Origin: Azolla caroliniana
Taxonomy: Eukaryota; Plantae; Polypodiophyta
NCBI GenBank assembly: GCA_043228905.1
Contig: JBHGNT010000002.1
Span: 4,712,001 to 4,776,000 of the forward strand
Direction of reading: 5' to 3'
DNA: 64,000 nt
Of this stretch, positions 28,383 through 37,580 are shown piece by piece (position 1 is the first letter of the stretch; each line of letters begins with the position of its first letter). The notes beneath the pieces were generated by a model. It was not told where the DNA came from. It worked only from the letters and a program-made list of their open reading frames with translations, and did no database searches. Both the position numbers and the translations under genes were made by a program.

Positions 28383-29008
28383 CTACAAGTAGCAATTACC
28401 ATGTTCTCTTGTAAAACAAACATGTATTTCGCGAAAACAATTAAATAAATTCGTTTGAGAATCAATTTCTTGTATATAGTTTGCTTTCTGTTCTTCTTTC
28501 TCAATAAAATCATGTCTTTTTTGTTAAGTTTTAAGTTATAAGTTATAGCGAAATAGTCATCAATAGCTAATTAGCTGTACAAATGCAGCTAATTAGCTCA
28601 ATAGCTAAATAGTCATCAATAGCTAATTAGTTGTATTCAAGTTTACTCAGGTTTACCAGAATAGCTAATTAGCTACCATGATAGCTAATTAGCTACTCCA
28701 ATATTGCAATCAACCAGTAGCTAATTAGCTGTCAATAGAACCATGTACAACAGTATGCCATGGAACTTGTAGCTGCAAGTAGCAATTACCATCTTTTCGT
28801 GTTAAACAAACATGTATTTCGAAAATACAGTTAAATAAAGCACTAGCATGAAATCAACAATCTGCAACATATTCCTCAAATTACACAATAGATAAGTACA
28901 GTGGGAACAAGTAATTAAATTCTTCATTGAATAATGTCATCTCTTTACATATTTATAAATTACCATTGGAAATGTCTACAAATCTCCTATAAACAGCTAA
29001 GCTCTTGC

Positions 29009-29646
29009 TAGTCAGTGGAACGAGTATACATATATTATCCGCATATCGAGCTCGGTATGGAGTCCACAACCATGCACCTAGTTGGCAGCTCACTGTTGGG
29101 AGACAAGTCCCTCCGGATGGGAAGGGAGAAGTACAGTGCCGACGAACAAACTCGGCCGAGGCCGAATCCGGAAGAGGAGTACCTGGCTACGGAGAGCCGG
29201 ATGGCGCAGACCCGGTATGAACCGGATGAGGAGTACCCGGCTACGGAGAGCCGGATGATACAGGCCCGGTGAGAACCGGAAGAGTACTCGGCTCCGGAGA
29301 GCCGGATGGCGCAGACCCGGTATGAACTGGATGAGGAGTACCCGGCTACGGAGAGCCGGATGATACAGGCCCGGTGAGAACCGGAAGAGGAGTACCCGGC
29401 TACGGAGAGCCGGATGATACAGGCCCGGTGAGAACCGGATGAGGAGCACCCGACTACGGAGAGCCGGATGACGCAGACCCGGTGAGAACCGGAGGAAGAG
29501 ACATATTCGTAAATATGTTTCTGAGAGCCCATCGAGGCTATATTTGTAAATAGCCGAAAAGTCATATTAGTATAAATATGACTTAGGGCAAACTTTTAGT
29601 CGTGGTTGTCATTTTCTGTTTTGCACGAGATTGGTGTGCGTAACTG

Positions 29647-29685
<39 letters not shown>

Positions 29686-29965
29686 GTCGCTGCCTCTATT
29701 GTAACCGCCGCCTGTGGCGAAGATTAGTGAGCACGAGGTCGGTGCCTCAGTGAACTCACTGTTGTATATTCCTACATAGTGACAGTTTGTAGCCTGTGGG
29801 CTGCCGTGGTTTTTCCCCTAGTTTGGGGTTTTCCACGTAAACCTCCTGCGTATTCTCTCCTTCTTTGTGTCGCGTTTTTTTATTTCCCGTTTTCTGTGTA
29901 TCATTCTAAGCTCGGTTGTGGCCGAGCGTTGCGCATAAGGAACGTTGGGTTCCCGTCACTCACTG
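29009..29965 (+). mobile_element. Solo LTR (copia-like U5) inserted in the last exon of the cargo gene
   Basis: TSD CTTGC/TTTGC. About six 54-bp U3 repeats (29164-29500), TATAAATA, (GA)n, CGTGGTTTTTCCC...GGGTTTTCCACGTAAA. The host reading frame rejoins on removal. Confidence 0.8.
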
Positions 29966-31597
29966 TTTGCACCAGGTATTGTTCAGGCATTTCCTCAGGT
30001 AGAATGAGACAACATCTCCGAATATTGAAGTAGTGCCGGAAATGTTCTGTATCCAAAATCAATGTGTTGTCGACATTATATTAAGGACAAGTAGCCCAAA
30101 AATCAGAAAGTCTCTTGAATCTTGCAACTTCCATTTGCTCACAATTTTCTCGTGCCCATTGACCTTTAAAATGACTTCGCCATTTTAGGAAGAATCTCGC
30201 TAAACACTTCCACACATCTGATTTTGGTTTTTCACTCGAAATAAACAAATCAAAGTATTGCACAACCCACTCTAGAAACTGATTTGCGTCCCTCCTTGGC
30301 TGCATATATCTCACACTCATCAAGACTTTATCAAGCTCCAAGATCAAGGCTCTTCTTTCGACTTCTAGTGGTTTAGGTTTCCATTCCTGAAACTGAGCTG
30401 ATGTTACACCATTTTCTGGTAGGACACGATCAATCTCAATCAGCTCAGGTTCGACCGACACAACTGGCGTCCTTTTCCTCTTCAAACCCCTAGTCGACTG
30501 TGTTGGGCCTGGCTTCACATTCTGGTGCTCTTGTTTTGTCGACTTAGTTATCAATCCTTGGATTACCTCGGTGCATGTAGCTATTGATCTGCTCGATATC
30601 AGTCCACTGGTATCACATGCTGCATCTACCTGCAACATCAAGTCATCCGTGAAACATGCTTGATCAACTTGTGTGACCAGATCACTTGTGTCAGTTGCTA
30701 CATCTACTTTCAAGATGGGGCCCTTTAAACATGCCGCAACATCAACAATATCCACACTGCCATCGACCTTACGAGCAATAGAATCAAACCCTTTAGACTC
30801 TGCAACATCAGAAAACACCAACATATTCACACTCACAAAGTAACTAACAGTCTCACAAAACAACATCCTGAACATCAAAGAGTTTCAATCATAGAACAAC
30901 ACTCTTCAAATTATCTTGGAAAAACATCATAGAGTTCCATTACATAATGTGGATCAAGCAACAACCAATTTGAGGTTTTACTTGTCCAACAGGATAATAA
31001 AACTTCATAAAACCCTAGCAAAATCCCTAAGCTAACAATCATATCCAACTAAACAATATTTCACTCCACTACATCTGGGCCCCTTGACTGAGTAATTGGT
31101 CTTGTTCCCGATCGTGGCCCCTTTTTCAGCCTTTTTCTGGTCGGTTGCCCATTTAGCCTTGCTTCTTTCACCCAATGCGCAAGTGTGTCCTCCTCCGACA
31201 ACCTTCCCATCACCTCAGCAGCTAATTGCACATCGACCGTTTCTTGCGCTAGCTTTTCAAGTATAGAGGGATCTGTTTGGACATTTTCAGTAGTTGGGCT
31301 CGGTGGGGTGGAATCAAGGTCTTGAGATTCGAAGAAATGTTGCATCAAGTGTTCATAAACACTGTTGTTGTGAACCTCAGTTTTACATGTTGTTTCCACT
31401 ATTTCATGGCATTTCACATCGTTGCCTAATTCAGTACACTGTTCCAAAAGAATAGGGTGGAGCTGATCTAAAGGAGATGTGATAGCAGGACTCTTACTTT
31501 CAGCCACGTTGGCAGCAATATCCTCATCTGTTGCAGCGTCATCAGCACCAGACACATAATGTGCCGTCCTTAATCCACAAGATTCTACAATAACATG

Positions 31598-32715
31598 ATA
31601 GCTATTTAGGATAGCTAATTAGCTACTTTACTAAACTATGGTAGTAGCTAGGATAGCTAATTAGCTAGTACGATAGCTAATTAGCTAGTACGATAGCTAA
31701 TTAGCTAGTACAATAGCTAATTAGCTACTTTACTCAACTATGGTAGTAGCTAGGATAGCTAATTAGCTACTATGATAGCTAATTAGCTACTTTCAACAAC
31801 TATGGTAGTAGCTAGATAGCTAATTAGCTACTAGGATAGCTACCAGTAGCTAATTAGCTAGCAGGATAGCTAATTAGCTAGTAGGATAGCTAATTAGCTA
31901 CTTTACTCAACTATGGTAGTAGCTAGGATAGCTAATTAGCTACTATGGTAGCTAATTAGCTACTTTACTCAACTATGGTAGTAGCTAGGATAACTAATTA
32001 GCTACTAGGATAGCTAATTAGCTACTTTACACAACTATGGCAGTAGCTAATTAGCTAGTAGGATAGCTAATTAGCTACAATGATAGCTAATTAGCTACTT
32101 TCTCAACTATTTAGTAGCTAGGATAACTTATTAGCTACTAGGATAGCTAATTAGCTACTTTACACAACTATGGCAGCAACTAATTAGCTACTAGGATAGC
32201 TAATTAGCTACTAGGATAGCTAATTAGCTACTAGGATAGCAACTAATTAGTTTCCAGTAGCTAATTAACTAGTAGGATAGCTAATTAGCTTTTATACACA
32301 ACTATGGTACTGGCTAATTAGCTATGAGTAGCTAATTAGCTAGTACCATAGCTAATTAGCTACTAGGATAGCTAATTAGCTAGTAGCTCATTAGCTGCAA
32401 GTAGCTAATTAGCTACTTTACACAACTATGGTATTAGCTAATTAGCTTGAGTAGCTAATTAGCTAGTAGCTAACTAGCTGCCAGTAGCTAATTAGTTGCT
32501 AGTAGGATAGCTAATTAGCTAGTAGCTAACTAGCTGCCACTTAGCTAATTAACTACTGTAGTAAACTATGGCAATAGCTAATTAGCTAATAGGATAGCCA
32601 TTAGCTGCTTTAATCAACTATGGTAGTAACTAATTAGCTACAACGATAGCAGCAAAATAGTTTCCATACCTTTTACGGCTTAGCTAATTAGAAAAGACTA
32701 AGCTTATTAGCTACA
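31598..32715. repeat. Array of the 14-bp palindrome TAGCTAATTAGCTA, intronic. Smaller arrays at about 25505-25600, 27225-27495, 28555-28730 and 35100-35152
   Basis: Dozens of copies seen directly, seen only inside the TIR element. Confidence 0.95.
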
Positions 32716-34084
32716 ATATGGTATACCTGTTAGTTTTCTCCACTCATTTGGTAGAGTTGTACTGCAATCTCCCAAACAGAATGCAGCAATTCGACAGGCA
32801 TGTTGAAAACAAAGCAGATGGTATGTGTGGTTGCATGGTTGTAGGTGAACCAACAAAGACGCAGTTTTGTCCTCCACACCTAACCTGCAAGCGATGCAAC
32901 GTGCTTGAACTGTCAATAAATCATTTTCTGGTTCTCCTTCATTTGGTAAGGGAGCAAGAATGTTCAGGTCCAAATCCTCTCTGCTCCTTACCATTCCCTC
33001 CACAAAATGTAGCTGCTTCTTAAGGCAGCTAACTACTTGTTCTTGATGAATGTATTGTTCCTTCAACGCAACGGAGAAATTTACCGATTAATTATTCCTG
33101 TCTGAGAAAGATACACCAACTTTGCTCAGGAATCATTAACTTAAAGCTTTTCCAAATTGTAATCTGCAACAGTATTTACACCTAGAAGGTCCAGGTTCAT
33201 TGAAAGAACCTGGATCTCTGTTTGCAGTTGTATTTTACGCTGGGGATCTAGTGGCCCCTCTAATTCAAGCTCCTGTTGCGCAACCTATTCCAGATAATGC
33301 TTGATTAGCACATTTTACCCTTAATGTTATTTATAACACAATCACATACCAACAAAACAATAGTTACCTGAATCTTATTTCTAATCGTTGTAACAGCGGA
33401 AGTAACTTTGCTCTCCATTGCAGAAGCCATTGTGGCTTTCTCTAAATCAGTCTTAAAAAATGCCAATGTCTCACAAGCTTCATGGACATTTTTTACCATA
33501 TAGCTAACCAATGTCTCACCTGTATCATCGACATTGGCTTTCCTTGGGTGTCGGTGTGGTGTATGCCCCTGGTTTTGATGGGAGTCGGCAGTTGCATCAA
33601 CAGCTGCCGTGCTCCAAAATCTGTCTATTTTTTGGGCCAAGGTCCCCATCTTTCGGCATCTTTTTACAGATGCCTCACCATAGACTGCCTAAGCTACCCT
33701 ATACATTTCAGGGTCTCTGGATTCCTTCGCTGTTTTGTAGTACTCATATGCAAATGCTCTAGCAAATGAAACTAACAACTCATTGTTGACTGGGTTCTCT
33801 TGATGAACTTTCTGGTGCAGCCTCATGCAGTCATCGTACAAGTCGGCTCGTACATGCTTCAACTTGACCTTGCCTTTGACTCTAGGCACTGTATATACTG
33901 TCATCCAGTCTACATCACTGATCAATTTATCACTTAGGACAGCAGGGTCAACACCCTCGAGTGACAGACCATAGGTGTTGTGGAAGTCCTCCTTTGTGTT
34001 GCAAAATTTTGCGAAGTTTAGCACTCTCGGATACGGAGGAACGAGCCATCTGAAATATCATTTCAGAAATAAGAAATAGTGCAA

Positions 34085-34630
34085 AATCAGAATATGTCAA
34101 AATCAGAAACCCCAATCAACAATAACAGAAATAGTGCAAAATCATTAACTTAGCAAATCAGAAACCCTAATCATAATTTGTATTCAAATATTTTAAATCA
34201 GAAACCCTAATCAAAATCTGTAATCAAAAGTTTGAAATAAGAAACCCTAATCAAAATCTGTAATCAGAAGTTTGTAACCAGAAACCCTATTCAGAAATTC
34301 TAATTAGAAATTTATAATCAAAAACCCTAATCAGAAATTTCAATAAGAAACCCTAATAAGAAATTTCAATCACAAACCTTAATCAGAAATTCTAATCAGA
34401 AATTTATAAACAAAAACCCTATCCAAAAATTCTAATAAGAAATTCTAATAAGAAATTCTAATTTGTAATCAAAATTTGTAACCAGAAACCCTATTCAGAA
34501 ATTCTAATAAGAAATTTATAATCAAAAACCCTAATCAGAAATTTCAATCACAAACCCTAATCAGAAATTCTAATAAGAAATTTATAAACAAAAACCCTAA
34601 TCAGAAATTTCAATCAGAAACCCCAATCAT
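34085..34630. repeat. Telobox-rich tandem array (CAGAAACCCTAAT) in the first coding intron of the cargo gene
   Basis: Repeated AAACCCTAAT interleaved with AGAAATTCTAAT variants. Confidence 0.9.
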
Positions 34631-37580
34631 CACTAAAGACAGGATTAAACACAAAAAAAGCAATATAAACACACCTGCTGCTACTCCTCGATCTGCGAGA
34701 CATCCTTGTATGGGACTCCAAGGACTTCGCCCTATTCGATTTTGGGGAAATATGAATTGGCACCAAAGTTCAGACAGTAGTAAAAAAGAAAAAACAAATG
34801 TTTGGGGTTTCTGTAACTGAAACATACCTGGACGATGATCGAGTGGGTTCTGTGTTGTAGCTCTAAATCTGCAATGTCGATTTTCTGCTGCTGCGGGAGC
34901 TACGTCTGCGTTCGTGCTCTGAGTACTCCATCTGTGTTCAAAATCAAACTTAGGCTAAACAGGAAATTGATGACATTGAACTCGACCTTAGATGATGGTG
35001 CTATTCCCCAAGTTCCACTACGTCTGAAACAGAAGTTCAAATATTTGAGTTTTTTCATTAATTAGTTTTTCAAATATTTGATTTTCCCACAAAAAAGACT
35101 AGCTAAAGAAATAGCTAATTAGCTATGGCCATTTTAGTAGCTAATTAGCTATAATAGTGTTTCCACTCGCATGCTTTTACCCCATTGACAGAAGTAATGA
35201 CAAGTACTTCAATGCTCATACGAGCGACTGCCACTAACTTCGAGGAATATGCCTATGTACTAGGCTCGGACTGTAGGCTTCTCCTGGGTGCAAATTGCCA
35301 TCTGGATTGGTCCTTTGGTGACTTTGCATCTCTGATGTAGCCATGCATCTAGTCGTGCACACAGGACGCGAGGCAGTACAACACCCTGCTCGCTCCTTGT
35401 TGGCATATCGGGAAGTCCTTGTGTGCTGAATCCGACGCTGCTTCATTTGCTCCTTCCACGTAGCTCAAGTATCCATGCCCCAACATGTAGTAGTGCATTT
35501 TATACGACCAAGACACATAGTTGCTTCGGTCAAGCTTTTCTAATGGAAGTGAGCTCGCCATGCTTCTGTTCATATCTTCCTTCCTGTTCTTTATCGAGTG
35601 TTAGGGTTTGTATGTGAGTGTCACTCGTCGACAACAGAGGACTCTCAACCCTCGCGCTCTATTACCATGTAAAAGTTATTATGCGGAAGCTTAGGTAAAT
35701 CGGCCTAGCCGGATTACAACAGTAAAATAGAAATGAAGGTTTAATGGAAGCTTAAAAATACATAGTACATGGGAGAGACAGAGAGAGCAGAATAGCATAA
35801 ACTCAATTAAAAAATATTAACACTGTGTACATATAAATGTCCTACAGAACACTTTTTATACAATTCCTTAGAAGTACTGACAAAAGTATTGACAAGTACT
35901 TCAATGCTCATACGAGCGACTGACACCAGCTTCAAGGAGTATGCCTATGTACTAGGCTTAGACCGTAGGCTTCTCCCAGGTGCAAATTGCCATCCAGATT
36001 GGTCCTTTGGTGACTTTGCATCTGTGATGTAGCCAAGCATCTAGTCATGCACATAGGACGCGAGGCAGTACAACACCCTGCTCGCTCCTTGCTGCCATAC
36101 CGAGAAGTCCTTGTGTGCTGAGTCTGGCACTGCATCATTTGCTCCTTCTACGTAGCTCCAGTATCCATGCCCCAACATGTAGTAGTGCATTTTATACGAC
36201 AAGGACCCATAGTTACTCCCATCGAGCTTTTCTAATGGAAGCGAGCTCACCATGTTTCTGTTCATATCTTCCTTCCTGTTCTTTACTGGGTGTTAGGGTT
36301 TGTCTGTGAGCGTCACTTGTCGACAACAGAGGATTCTCAACCCTTGTGCTCTATTACCATGTAAAAGTTATTATGCGGAAGCCTAGGTAAAATTGGCCCA
36401 GCCGGATAACAACAATAAAACAGAAATGAAGGTTTAATGGAAGCTTAAAATTACATAGTACACGGGAGAGACAGAGAGAGCAGAATAGCATAAACTCAAT
36501 TAAAAAATAGTAACACTCTATACATATAAATGTCCTACAAAACACTTTTGATACAATTCCTTAAAAGGACTAACAGAAGTACTGATAAGTACTTCAATGC
36601 TCATACGAGTGACTGACACTAACTTCAAGGAATATGCCTATGTACTAGGCTCGGACCGTAGGCTCCAATGGCCCATTGGTTATCACTATTCCGGAGTATG
36701 ATCCGGCTCTAGGTTCTGGATACCGATATATCCGGACACCTATCCGGTTCTCCGTCCCGGATACCGATCCAGCTCTGGCTTATTCAGCCGATCCGGATCC
36801 GGTTGAGCTTTCCCGCTCAACAAAGGGCTACTTTGCTTATGTATCCAAATAATTGAGGTTATCTCCGCTATGAACCTAGATTATAAGTCTAATCTATAGT
36901 TACAATTGTTCCCTTACAAGTATGTCTGCATTCGGCTGAGTTAGCAAAGGTATAGTTGGAACCTAATCTAATTCAACTAGTCATCTGGATCATAGGTTAT
37001 CCCGATCGGCCAGACTGGGTCGGTTGGATCAGCTTGCGTCTGAGTTAGCTCGATCGTACATATCAACTCATGTCCGATTCCGACTCTCGGTCTCTAGTAG
37101 ATCGTTTGCCGTAAGTATGCACTTGTTTCTATGCTCCACGCTGGATCCTCGATCTGTTTTCAGGTTCGTTCATCCCTCGATTGTCTCCTCTCCAGTCGGT
37201 ATGCTCGCCTAGAGTTGCGAAGAAAGGATCCTCGACATCAAGGGGGAGCTCTCATTAAGACAGGAGCTTGGAATAGCAAAAAGGGAATTCCACGATTCCA
37301 TCGTGGACCCAGTGAATAGGAAGTGGCTTTTAATGGAGCCGGAGCCAGAGAAGCCGGTCGAAGTGAAGGCGGCCCACATCAAAGAGGTAGCAATGGAAGA
37401 AGAGTTTCCGGGTAACTACTATACACGGCCACATTGGGCAAGAGCTATGATGAAGACCCTGGTACGGATGAGGGACGTTAAAGAGCCGGTGGTGGCATTA
37501 ATCGACCATTGATCAGAGATTAACCTAATGTCCATGGACTTCTATAAGAAGGGTAAGTGGCTAATTAATACCAAGCACGG

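Larger units (their letters stand above)
28960..34703 (-). pseudogene. Multi-exon transposon cargo gene: helical N-domain, coiled coil, RING-H2, acidic linker, FCP1/SCP-like HAD domain. Exons 34703-34675, 34049-33368, 33284-33182, 33101-32727, 31584 to about 31065, about 30799-29966 plus 29003-28960
   Basis: The first four GT-AG introns splice in phase. RING pattern C-x2-C-x17-C-x-H-x2-H-x2-C-x10-C-x3-C at 32898-32764. ALILELDKVL...FLEWVVQYFDL...KRLSDFW...YNVDNTLILD resembles NIF/FCP1. A few premature stops; the last splice junction is unresolved. Confidence 0.78.
25479..35183. mobile_element. TIR DNA transposon, Sola2-like, non-autonomous derivative carrying two convergent genes
   Basis: 26-bp TIRs (GCGGTGAAAGCATGAGAGTGGAAACA vs reverse complement GGGGTAAAAGCATGCGAGTGGAAACA). 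TSD ATT (or ATTG). Removing it restores the copia LTR seen uninterrupted near 36560. Confidence 0.9.
23403..36822 (-). mobile_element. Internally deleted Ty1/copia (copia-3) with triplicated LTR-PBS-gag 5' end, interrupted by a DNA transposon
   Basis: Complete LTR 36360-36822, partial LTR copies starting at 35668 and 25269, each with PBS TGGTAATAGAGC on the minus strand. Gag start LPLEKLDRSNY, WYVDSG, LWHKRIGH, HSDIWGP. RT and RH absent. Confidence 0.9.

Noticed and set aside
29164-29500. Regular repeats resembling a CRISPR array
   Set aside because: No unique spacers and no cas genes; these are tandem U3 repeats of a eukaryotic LTR.
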